Positions 1 through 8,006 of a DNA stretch of 64,000 bases are shown in pieces. Source of the DNA: Deltaproteobacteria bacterium (lineage in GTDB: Bacteria > Myxococcota_A > Polyangia > JAAYKL01); NCBI GenBank assembly GCA_030595125.1, contig JAUVDV010000021.1, forward strand, positions 5,338 through 69,337, in the 5' to 3' direction. Below the pieces are notes generated by a model that had not been told where the DNA came from, ran no database searches, and saw nothing but the letters and a program-made list of their open reading frames with translations. Numbering within the stretch: the stretch's first letter is position 1; every line of letters starts with the position of its first letter. Made by a program: the position numbers and the translations under genes.

Positions 1-878
1 TCATCTGTGCCCTTCAGGGCTGTGAGATAGGTTTTGAGGCTGTTGGTGATCGGGCTGTCGCCCTGTGCCGCGTGTATCTCATCGAGGAGGTCCAGCGGCA
101 TCGGAGAGGCGCTGGAGGTCCAGCTTCTGATGACCCACTCGAGTCGGTCGGGCTGTTTCAGCTCCCGCGCCAGCGTTGTGTTGAACCCGCTGATCTCCAG
201 CAGGAGCGCCACGTCCAGGGTGCCCGCCGAGATCTTGAAGTCGAAGTCCTGGATCTTGCCGTCGAGCAAGCTGGCGGCATGCTGGAATTTTTTGGCGGCC
301 AGCGCCTTCTCGATGACCTCGACCACCAGGCTGGATGTCCATCCGGAGGACGCGCCGCCCAGCTCAATGGGAATTGTTGTGTCGTCTTGGGATTTGAGAA
401 CTGCCCCGCATCCGGAGCAGTGAACATCGCCGGATCTTGAGGGTGTCCGGCATTTCCTGCACATGTGACCCGTGCCGATATCGGTGTTGCAATGCGGGCA
501 TTTTGGAGTGCCGGCCGCGATGGGGATTCGACAGGCGGGACAGTTGATCATGGCGCCGGTGGGTCTCATGGGGCGTGACGGAAAACGGCTCTCCTCGAGA
601 AAGACCATCTCGTGACTGCCCACCCGCACCCGGTCCTTGTGTTTGAGCGGCGCGGCGTCGAAGAGAGGCTCGTTGTTTACGAGGGTGCCGTTTCTCGAGC
701 CCAGGTCCTCGATGGTCGCCTCCCTGTCGGCGATGTGTATCTTGATGTGTTGCCTGGAAACCAGTGGGTCTTCCAGTGTCAGGTTGCACGACGGTGAGCG
801 ACCGATCAAGAACATCCCCGGAGCGAGGTCGATCTCCTGAAAAATGAACTTCAGTCGGTACTTCTTCTTCTTTTCCAA
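1..878 (-). CDS. FHA-domain protein with two Cys4 zinc-ribbon motifs (3'-partial, continues beyond window start)
   Basis: Manual minus-strand translation gives YRLKFIFQEIDLAPGMFLIGRSPSCNLTLEDPLVSRQHIKIHIADREATIEDLGSRNGTLVNNEPL (canonical FHA) then CPACRIPIAAGTPKCPHC and CRKCRTPSRSGDVHCSGCG. Probable TTG start at 878-876 (only in-frame start before the FHA core). No stop before position 1. Confidence 0.6.
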   Translation of the reverse strand, partial: MEKKKKYRLKFIFQEIDLAPGMFLIGRSPSCNLTLEDPLVSRQHIKIHIADREATIEDLGSRNGTLVNNEPLFDAAPLKHKDRVRVGSHEMVFLEESRFPSRPMRPTGAMINCPACRIPIAAGTPKCPHCNTDIGTGHMCRKCRTPSRSGDVHCSGCGAVLKSQDDTTIPIELGGASSGWTSSLVVEVIEKALAAKKFQHAASLLDGKIQDFDFKISAGTLDVALLLEISGFNTTLARELKQPDRLEWVIRSWTSSASPMPLDLLDEIHAAQGDSPITNSLKTYLTALKGTD

Positions 879-1007
879 TGCCCACCTGAAAAATATGGAT
901 GCATCGCTATTCTACATAGATGGTTACTGCTCGGATAGGGGGAATGGTTCACGAAGGGCGTTTTTTGTTTTGGCAGGAATCCTGCCGTTTCGTCTTTGAT
1001 GCCGCGC

Positions 1008-1150
1008 CCTGATGAGGGCGCGGTCAGGATGAGCTTGGGTCCAGTGAAGCCAGTGAAGCCACCGCCCAAGCCCGCAGGGCTTGCGAAAGCGCATCGTGGC
1101 CGCGGGTTTTATACCCGCGGGAGAAGGGCGCGGTGAACAGGCATGTCAGC
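1008..1150. repeat. REP-like multi-hairpin intergenic repeat, copy A
   Basis: Three palindromic modules (gcgccctgatgagggcgc; aagcccgcagggctt; ccgcgggttttatacccgcgg) also present at 4600-4760 and 47689-47795. Confidence 0.55.
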
Positions 1151-1171
1151 AGGGCTTGATCTAGGGGGAAT

Positions 1172-2377
1172 CTAGAAAAGGTCGTCGATGTCGTCCTTGG
1201 AGCCCTTATCTTCTTTCTTGGGCGCGGGCTCATCTTTATCTTTCTCTTTTTCTTCGCTTCCCTTCTTTTTCTTGTACTTGCCGGTGACCGAATGAGTTGA
1301 GTCGACCTTGGTTGCGCCCGGCCCCGTCTGCGCCTCACCGGTGTAGCCGTCGATCACCGAGGACTGGTGGTCGGTGAGTCCTTCCCCACCACCGGAGGTC
1401 ACCGAGTCGACCATGCTCGAGATGTCATCCGCAACCGCACCCGTGTCGCGGCCCTTGTTTGCTCGGAGATCGCCCAGGTACGTGGCCGTAATCGCTGCGG
1501 AGAAGCGGAGTCCGTAGGCGCCGAAGAAGGCTGAACGATCAATGCCGTCTGCATAGGTATCCTCGTCGCGCCATGCGACCTTGTCCAGGTCGCCCTTGCT
1601 GTCGAAGGATTCCTGGCCCTCGACCCCGAAGCGTCCCTCCAGGGAGCCGAGGAAATCCATGAAGCTGATGTCGGTCTGGAACGAGTCCTTTCGAAAAGCG
1701 CGCAGGCGCTTCCAGAAGCGACCGTCGATGAAGAAAAGGTACTCCACGTACTTTCCGGCATCCCAGACCAGCATGGATTCGTCGTTGTTATGCGTGAACT
1801 CATCGGAGATCATGTGTGACTCAAAGCCTGTGCGCTGACCCTTGAACTCCACGAAGCTCCTGGTCATCCTGGAGAGTTCCCGGATCATTTTGGTGCGGAT
1901 GGCGTCCTCTGCCAGCGCGTCTCCGGCAGCTGCGGACAGTTCTTCCGAGTAGGTATCCCTTACCCTGAACTCGAAGATGGATACCACCTTCCGGACGGTC
2001 ATGCCCCACATGAGGCCCTCCATCTGATCCGCGATTCCGTCCGTGTAGGGGATCGCCGGCGCGCTGCCGCCCTTTTTCCCCTTTTTCCCCTTCTTTTTCT
2101 TCTTTCCCTTTTTCTTGGCTTGCTTCACCGGTGGGGCCTCACCGTACTGGGAACCCGGGATTATCAGCGCCTCGTCGTCCTCCGTGAGGGCGGAGGTCAA
2201 GCTGCTTCCGCCGCCACCACCGCCGCCGATATTGGGTGCGTCGAACGGTTTGGAGTCCTTCTTGGCGTCGTCTCCCGTTGAGATCTCGACTTTCGCCTTG
2301 CCGCCTCCGCAGCCCACGGAGATGAACAGCGTGGCGATAATGACGATAAATACCTTTAACCCAGTTCTTTCGATCAT
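1172..2377 (-). CDS. hypothetical lipoprotein with Lys-rich tracts
   Basis: 401-aa ORF. Signal peptide plus lipobox (LFISVGC). Gly run and KKKGKKKKKGKKGKK tract. No recognisable catalytic motif. Confidence 0.55.
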   Translation of the reverse strand: MIERTGLKVFIVIIATLFISVGCGGGKAKVEISTGDDAKKDSKPFDAPNIGGGGGGGSSLTSALTEDDEALIIPGSQYGEAPPVKQAKKKGKKKKKGKKGKKGGSAPAIPYTDGIADQMEGLMWGMTVRKVVSIFEFRVRDTYSEELSAAAGDALAEDAIRTKMIRELSRMTRSFVEFKGQRTGFESHMISDEFTHNNDESMLVWDAGKYVEYLFFIDGRFWKRLRAFRKDSFQTDISFMDFLGSLEGRFGVEGQESFDSKGDLDKVAWRDEDTYADGIDRSAFFGAYGLRFSAAITATYLGDLRANKGRDTGAVADDISSMVDSVTSGGGEGLTDHQSSVIDGYTGEAQTGPGATKVDSTHSVTGKYKKKKGSEEKEKDKDEPAPKKEDKGSKDDIDDLF

Positions 2378-2477
2378 TACTTCCTCCTCTTTGCCGGAAG
2401 ATATTGCCTACCTATAACCGGAATGCATTTTGCGCATCTTACCATCTGTCGAGGCGACGCCAAGTGATCTTTGCGCT

Positions 2478-3695
2478 CTAGTTTGACAATGCCGCTCGTT
2501 TCCTGTCGGCCTTTACCGTGGGGAGAAGGACGCGCGCCATCTTAACCGATTGGGATTCGTCCGCGTAAAAGGTGTCCCAGGCATACTGGTACATCTTCTG
2601 GAGCTTGTCCGGCGACATCTTCGCGGGCTGAACGATCACCTCGCCGGCCGTGTAGCGTTTCCAGTCCTTGTGCAGTATCCGTCCCTGGGATTCGTAGTCG
2701 TCGAACGCCTTGGTATGGGGGAAGGGTGTTATCACCGTGAACTCGGCCAGGTCCATTTCGATTTCGAGGAGGAAGTCGACGAGTCGCTTTATGTAATCCT
2801 CATCGTGATCGTCCAGGCCCAGGAGGATTGTCCCCTCCACGAATATGCCGTGATCCTTGAGCCGTCGAATACGCTTTTTGATGAAATCTGAGGTATCGAA
2901 GACTGCCTGGTACACCCACCATTGACCCGCTTTTACGGCGGCCTCGAGCACATCGTCGTCGTCCTCCACCGGGTGCGAGATGATGTGTCGATCGAGGGGA
3001 GCCAGGGCCTCGAAGAGTTCGAGTTCCCACTTCTTGTCCTGGGCCAGGGAATTGTCGACGAAGAAGAGCTTGGAGTTGGGTATGGATTTGACCTCCTCGA
3101 CCACCTTGTCGATCGGGCGGGGGCGAAAGGACCGTCCGCCCAGATACCTGACGCAGCACGGGTAGCAGTTGAACTTGCAACCCCTCGATGCGTGAATCAG
3201 ATCGGGCATCTGCAGGCCGCGGTAGGCGTACTTCTCGCGATCGAGAATAGAGCGGCGCGCCGTCCCGACGGTCTCGATCGGGGCGGGATCGTTGAGGTAG
3301 TTGTAGACCTTGCGGAGTTTTCCGGCCTCCAGGTCGGCCAGGACTTTCTCTGTACGGCCCTCCGCCTCTCCGAGGAAAACCGAGTCCGCGTGTTCTGCGG
3401 TCTCCTCGGGGTGGAGCGCGGTTGAGATGCCTCCGAAAATCACCGGGATGCCTCGCCCTCGAAACTCGTCCGCGATCTCCCATCCTCGGGGCGCCTGGCA
3501 GGTGAGCATCATGGAGATGAACACCACGTCCACGTCCTGAGTGAAATCAATTTTTTCCACGTTCTCGTCGGTGAAGAGCAGCTCGTGCTCGTCGGGAATC
3601 GTGGCGGCAAAAACCACGGGACCGTGCGGGGGGAGGTGGAACTCTCGCTGATTGGGCAGCTTGGGCCATCTGGGGTATATCAGTCGAATCTTCAT
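2478..3695 (-). CDS. B12-binding-domain radical SAM protein
   Basis: N-terminal cobalamin-binding-like region (VVFISMMLTCQAP...GIPVIFGG) followed by a radical-SAM CxxxCxxC-type cluster (CKFNCYPCC). Start taken at MKIRLIYP. Confidence 0.7.
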   Translation of the reverse strand: MKIRLIYPRWPKLPNQREFHLPPHGPVVFAATIPDEHELLFTDENVEKIDFTQDVDVVFISMMLTCQAPRGWEIADEFRGRGIPVIFGGISTALHPEETAEHADSVFLGEAEGRTEKVLADLEAGKLRKVYNYLNDPAPIETVGTARRSILDREKYAYRGLQMPDLIHASRGCKFNCYPCCVRYLGGRSFRPRPIDKVVEEVKSIPNSKLFFVDNSLAQDKKWELELFEALAPLDRHIISHPVEDDDDVLEAAVKAGQWWVYQAVFDTSDFIKKRIRRLKDHGIFVEGTILLGLDDHDEDYIKRLVDFLLEIEMDLAEFTVITPFPHTKAFDDYESQGRILHKDWKRYTAGEVIVQPAKMSPDKLQKMYQYAWDTFYADESQSVKMARVLLPTVKADRKRAALSN

Positions 3696-3836
3696 GCACG
3701 ACTTATAGATCGACGCTTCGGTCCGGGCAATGGAGTCAGTGCGCATTTTTCACCGGAGTCCGTCATGTTTTTTTACTTATTGAACAGTGCATAATCCACA
3801 ATGCAGGTGTAGTATTTTGGCGAAGGAGGACAATAT

Positions 3837-4536
3837 GATTGGAAAAGAATTATTGTGGGGTGCGCTGTTATGCGCGGGTCTGATCGCGGCTGTGCCGTAT
3901 TTCACGGCCTGTGATGGCGGCGATGGTAGAGATAGTTCGGGTGATTCGGACGCCGACGCCGACAGTGGAACTGACACGGATACGGAATCGGATACGGAAT
4001 CGGATACGACACCCGTGTGCCCCGACTACGATTGGGGCCCGGCAAGCGGATTGACCCTCAACGAGAATATTGGGAACTGGACCTTCAACGGATACTTCGA
4101 TGAGAACGCCAACTGGGTGGTCGATCCGGAGGAGGAGGTGGAGAAAACCTTCACGATGGAGGAGATCGCCTGCTATTCTGGCGCCCAGTCGCTGGTCATA
4201 CTGCTGGATGACTTGTCGTGACCATATTGCCCTGATTGGTTCAATCAGTTTGCCCAGGTTTACGCAGAGCTATTCGCCGAAGACAACGGGGTTGTCCTCT
4301 TCGCCGTGACCTCCGGGATCGGCGCCAATTCCCCGGCCATGAACCTTGTAGCCGAGCAGGCGCGCAAGCATTTCCCGGGCGCCTATTTCACAAACACCAG
4401 GCTCCTGACCCTGACCGGCTCGGGCGCAGTTCCTTTCGGCGCCGTCATCGATCTGGAGACTCTCGAGGCCATCGAGATAGGGCCCACCAGCCCGTATAGT
4501 ATTCTCCAGGCGGTCAAGGCGGCCAACGCCAATTAG
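3837..4536 (+). CDS. TlpA/redoxin-like thiol:disulfide oxidoreductase lipoprotein, probable selenoprotein (in-frame UGA at 4219-4221)
   Basis: ORFs 3787..4221 and 4306..4536 are in the same frame, separated by a single TGA. Read-through gives ...SLVILLDDLS-U-PYCPDWFNQFAQVYAELFAEDNGVVLFAV..., matching the redoxin pattern (vvLdFWASWCGPCr..P.l..ly..y...gv.vlgv) with U replacing the first Cys of CxxC. N-terminus is a lipoprotein signal (LLCAGLIAAVPYFTAC) plus a TD-repeat linker. Confidence 0.55.
4229..4253 (+). promoter_or_regulatory. bSECIS-like hairpin downstream of UGA
   Basis: 10 nt after TGA: 6-bp perfect stem ctgatt/aatcag (4232-4237 / 4243-4248) with apical loop GGUUC, plus a 2-bp lower stem. 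Loop G lies ~20 nt from the UGA, within the bacterial SECIS spacing range. Confidence 0.45.
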
Positions 4537-4599
4537 ATAGCTAATCCTCTATCCGCTACACTTTACCTCCAGTAAATCTTTCGACCGACCTCGCACCGC

Positions 4600-4760
4600 G
4601 CCGTGAACGACGCGGCAACGATGCGGCTGCGCCGCAAGGCCGTGCGGCCTCGCGCCCGAAGTAGCCCGCAGGGCTTGCCGATGGATATGGAAGCCCGATT
4701 CAGATCGGCAGGCATCGTTGCCGCGGTGTTTACACCGCGGGCGGAGGCGGGCAGAATGAG
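4600..4760. repeat. REP-like multi-hairpin intergenic repeat, copy B (between convergent genes)
   Basis: Shares the cccgcagggcttgc and ccgcggtgtttacaccgcgg modules with copies at 1008-1150 and 47689-47795. Spurious ORFs overlap it. Confidence 0.5.
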
Positions 4761-4790
4761 TCGTGGATGGACGAGACGCTATTTTGACCC

Positions 4791-5555
4791 CTACAGGCCG
4801 AAGCACTCCCAGTCCGAGCCCATGGATGGGGTTGTCTGGCACTCGTTGTCCGAGTTGCAACCGGTGTACAGGCACTCGTTTGAAACGCAGTTGTAATTGT
4901 CCGCGTCATAGGCAGCGCCGCCGCCGCCACCGCAGTCCGCCGGTGTAGTGCAGGGGGCAGCGCAGTACGCGTAACCCGATCCGCCGGGATCCTGGCAGGT
5001 GTAGCCCGAAACCAGCTGATCGCATTCCGAGTTGTTGTTGCACCCTGTGTAGACGCACCCGTTTGAGTTGCAGTCGTAATTGTCCGCGTCGTAGGCCGCC
5101 GAGCCCAGATCGCAGTCGGCCGAGGTGCTGCAGGGTGGCAGGCAGCCGGGGATTCCCCATCCGGAATCAACGCAGACGTAGTTCATGCTGACAAAGACCA
5201 GATCGCATTCGGCGCTGGAGTTGCATCCGGTGTATTCGCAGAAACCGTCGGAGTTGCAGTTGTAGTTGTCGGCATCGGTTATTGCGTTGGAGGTTGCGGG
5301 GACGCAGTTTGCGGCCGTCAAGCAGGTTTGTGCACAGTAGGGGTTATCGGTGTCGGAGTCGGTGTCCGAGTCTGTGTCCGAGTCTGTGTCCGAGTCCGTG
5401 TCCGAGTCTGTGTCCGAGTCACTGTCGGAATCGCTATCGGAATCGCTATCGGAATCGGAACTGCTGTCTCCGGCGCCGTCGGTCTGACAGCCGAAGAAGA
5501 TCAGAGCCGTGGTCATGGAGAATGCGAGGATTCCCAAGATTGTTATCGTCTTCAT
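4791..5555 (-). CDS. secreted lipoprotein with (S/T-D)n linker and four Cys-rich repeats
   Basis: Signal/lipobox MKTITILGILAFSMTTALIFFGC, then SDSDSD...TDSDTD, then four copies of ~AADC..AYDADNY(N/D)C.SNGC.YTGCN..SEC. Start at MKTIT (5555) avoids overlap with the upstream hydrolase. Confidence 0.6.
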   Translation of the reverse strand: MKTITILGILAFSMTTALIFFGCQTDGAGDSSSDSDSDSDSDSDSDSDTDSDTDSDTDSDTDSDTDSDTDNPYCAQTCLTAANCVPATSNAITDADNYNCNSDGFCEYTGCNSSAECDLVFVSMNYVCVDSGWGIPGCLPPCSTSADCDLGSAAYDADNYDCNSNGCVYTGCNNNSECDQLVSGYTCQDPGGSGYAYCAAPCTTPADCGGGGGAAYDADNYNCVSNECLYTGCNSDNECQTTPSMGSDWECFGL

Positions 5556-5560
5556 TTCGA

Positions 5561-6388
5561 TCACTTCCCTTTCATTTCGTCCAAAAACTTCCATATGATG
5601 CGCGACGCCTCGTCTGGATTCTCTTCGACGGGGGAATGGCCGCAATTATTTATGACATGGAGTTCTCCGCCGGGGATGAGGCTTTCCAATTGCCTGCCCA
5701 CCTCCAGCGGGACCAGCGCGTCTTTCTCGCCCCAGAGGATGAGGGTGGGGCAGCTCACTTTTTCGACAATCTCGCCCACCGGTGACGGATTGGCCGTGGC
5801 CCGCAGAGCCTCGAGGGCGGACGCTCTCTTGTCGGCGAAGGTGTCGAACAGTCGGAGTACCTTGCCCCGGTCCATCCGGGAGGAATCAAAGAAAACGTCG
5901 TTCTCAAAATAGTCGACGAACATCTTGCGACCGTACATCCGAAACAATAGCTCGCCCAGAATCGGCTTGAGGGGCAGGCGTCCCTTGAGCGGGACCGGGT
6001 ACGGAAGACTGATAGCATCCACGAGCACCAGGCGCTTCACCCTGTCGGGGTATGTGGCAGCGAGTGTTATTGAGATACCCCCGCCCATGGAGTGTCCCAG
6101 GAGATCGAACCTGTCCAGGCCGAGGGAATCGGCCGTTCCGATCACCGAACGCGCGTACCCGTCCCAGGTGGGTTTGAACGTGCTGCTCGCGGTGGAGTCT
6201 CCGCAGTTCGGCAGGTCGGGGGCGATGGCGCGAATACCTTTGGGTATGCGTTCGCGCAGCTCATTGAAGGTCTCGCCGGACGCGAACAGGCCGTGGATCA
6301 TCAGGAGAGGGTTGCCCTCGCCGGATTCCGACAGGCCGATTTCTCCGTGTGGGGTGGAGATTGTCTTTTTGCTTGCCATGATGCTCAT
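5561..6388 (-). CDS. alpha/beta-fold hydrolase
   Basis: Nucleophile-elbow motif GHSMGG, catalytic His near the C-terminus (CGHSPVEENPDE). Length typical for the family. Confidence 0.75.
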   Translation of the reverse strand: MSIMASKKTISTPHGEIGLSESGEGNPLLMIHGLFASGETFNELRERIPKGIRAIAPDLPNCGDSTASSTFKPTWDGYARSVIGTADSLGLDRFDLLGHSMGGGISITLAATYPDRVKRLVLVDAISLPYPVPLKGRLPLKPILGELLFRMYGRKMFVDYFENDVFFDSSRMDRGKVLRLFDTFADKRASALEALRATANPSPVGEIVEKVSCPTLILWGEKDALVPLEVGRQLESLIPGGELHVINNCGHSPVEENPDEASRIIWKFLDEMKGK

Positions 6389-6416
6389 TGTATCGCGGTT
6401 GTTGTCTTGTGATGGT

Positions 6417-6902
6417 ATGAAACAAATCATGAGATCGGAAGCATTTAATATAGAGAGCGAGGATCAGACGCGGGAGTTCGGCGAGCGCCTCGCGGCCCTG
6501 CTCGAGCGCGGGGATGTGGTGGGGCTTCGAGGCGATCTCGGAGCGGGCAAGACTTTTCTCGTCGGAGTGGTCGCGCGGGCGGTCGGTGTGCCGGACGACG
6601 TACCGGTCAACAGTCCCACCTTCACGCTGATAAACGAGTACTACGGCGGCCGGTTCCCGCTGTTCCACATGGACCTGTACCGACTCGGGAGTCCATCGGA
6701 GCTGTACGATCTCGGTTTGTGGGAATACTACGATGGGGATGGGGTGTGCATGGTGGAGTGGTGCGATCGTTTTTCGGATCTGTGGCCGGACCAGGCGCTT
6801 GTTCTGACCATCGAACTCGGTGAGGGGGAGAATCGAACGATCCTGGCGACCGGAGAGGGGCGCGGCGCCCGGCTGGCGGAGCAGCTGGGAAAGGCCGGCT
6901 AA
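6417..6902 (+). CDS. tsaE: tRNA threonylcarbamoyladenosine biosynthesis protein TsaE
   Basis: Walker A GDLGAGKT, plus SPTFTL and FHMDLYRL motifs diagnostic of TsaE/YjeE. The long upstream extension of the ORF is antisense to the hydrolase gene. Confidence 0.75.
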   Translation: MKQIMRSEAFNIESEDQTREFGERLAALLERGDVVGLRGDLGAGKTFLVGVVARAVGVPDDVPVNSPTFTLINEYYGGRFPLFHMDLYRLGSPSELYDLGLWEYYDGDGVCMVEWCDRFSDLWPDQALVLTIELGEGENRTILATGEGRGARLAEQLGKAG

Positions 6903-6910
6903 CGTGAACC

Positions 6911-7819
6911 CTAGAGCTTGAAATCGAGATCCTTTAGAAATTCAGCCAGATTCTTCGGCAGTGGTGACTCCGGGTGCAGATCGCGGTTTCGGTCGTTTGG
7001 ATGTCGCATGACGATGGACGTTGCGTGGAGGAACATCCGCCCCGGTTCATTCACCGTTGCGTTGCCGTAGAGCGGATCGTCGACGATGGGAAAGCCCGAA
7101 ATGGCCAGATGAGCGCGGATCTGGTGCCGCAAGCCACGATGGATCGTCGCCTCCACCAGAAGAAATTCGCCGTGCTCCTCGACCGGGCGAACAAGGGTTG
7201 TGGCGGGAGTGCCGGACGGATCGCGGCGGACTTTTCTTCCTCCCCGATCGGTCGGTCCAAGAGGAAAATCGATGACCGGGGGCAGCCGGTCGCCCGTCGG
7301 TTTCACGAGGGCGGCGTAACGCTTCTCGATCTGATCGTTTCGTTGCATTTCCAGCAGGCGCTCGAAGGTCTGAGCATTTCTGGCGGCCACGAGGATCCCG
7401 GAGGTCTCTGTGTCCAGGCGATGGATCAGGCCGCTGTCGCCGGAACTCCTGCCGATGGTAGCGCATTCGGGAAAACGGGACGCGATGGCTCCGGCCAGTG
7501 TTCCCGGTTCGTTAGGGGAAAGGGGCACGGTCGGAACGCCCGGGGGTTTGACAACCGCCGCAAGGTCCGCGTCCACGTAAACTGTTTCGAAATCCAGCTG
7601 CGGATCGGGCAGGGCGGTCCAATTCTTTGGGGCCGGATCCGTGTGGATTTCCACCAGGTCGTCTTCTTTTACCAGGTCGCTCTTGCGCGCGTATCCGCCG
7701 TTCAACGTCACGCTGCCCGAGATGATGAGCCTCTGGGCGCGTCTTCGCGAGAGATCGGAGACGTTGGCCGACAGCCACACATCCAGACGCGTGGGTGAGT
7801 TCTGTCTTTCTGCGGTCAT
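6911..7819 (-). CDS. RluA-family 23S rRNA pseudouridine synthase (RluD-like)
   Basis: S4-like N-terminal domain (RLDVWLS...), catalytic HRLD motif, conserved GRMFLHATSI region. Confidence 0.8.
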   Translation of the reverse strand: MTAERQNSPTRLDVWLSANVSDLSRRRAQRLIISGSVTLNGGYARKSDLVKEDDLVEIHTDPAPKNWTALPDPQLDFETVYVDADLAAVVKPPGVPTVPLSPNEPGTLAGAIASRFPECATIGRSSGDSGLIHRLDTETSGILVAARNAQTFERLLEMQRNDQIEKRYAALVKPTGDRLPPVIDFPLGPTDRGGRKVRRDPSGTPATTLVRPVEEHGEFLLVEATIHRGLRHQIRAHLAISGFPIVDDPLYGNATVNEPGRMFLHATSIVMRHPNDRNRDLHPESPLPKNLAEFLKDLDFKL

Positions 7820-8006
7820 GGCCAGGTGGAAAGGAGGCATCGTTTGGGGAGAGTGAACTTGTGGAGGGGCATAGTCAATGAAGACCTTGTCGTACCAGAT
7901 GCGGAGTATGGTTTACAAAAAACCAATCACGTTGTTTCGAGCTTGGTGATAAAATGTCGTTAGAGAGGATGCAGCTTGTTCGGGTTTGGTTTTTTGGTGG
8001 GAAAAA

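Noticed and set aside
2115-2417. ORF 2115..2417 (+) with PPPPPPP run and other short ORFs at 34..885
   Set aside because: Antisense to the lipoprotein gene 1172..2377 and to the FHA gene respectively; low-complexity translation of GC-rich antisense sequence.
5925-6416. Long N-terminal extension of ORF 5925..6902
   Set aside because: Antisense to the alpha/beta hydrolase gene. The TsaE domain starts at the ATG at 6417.
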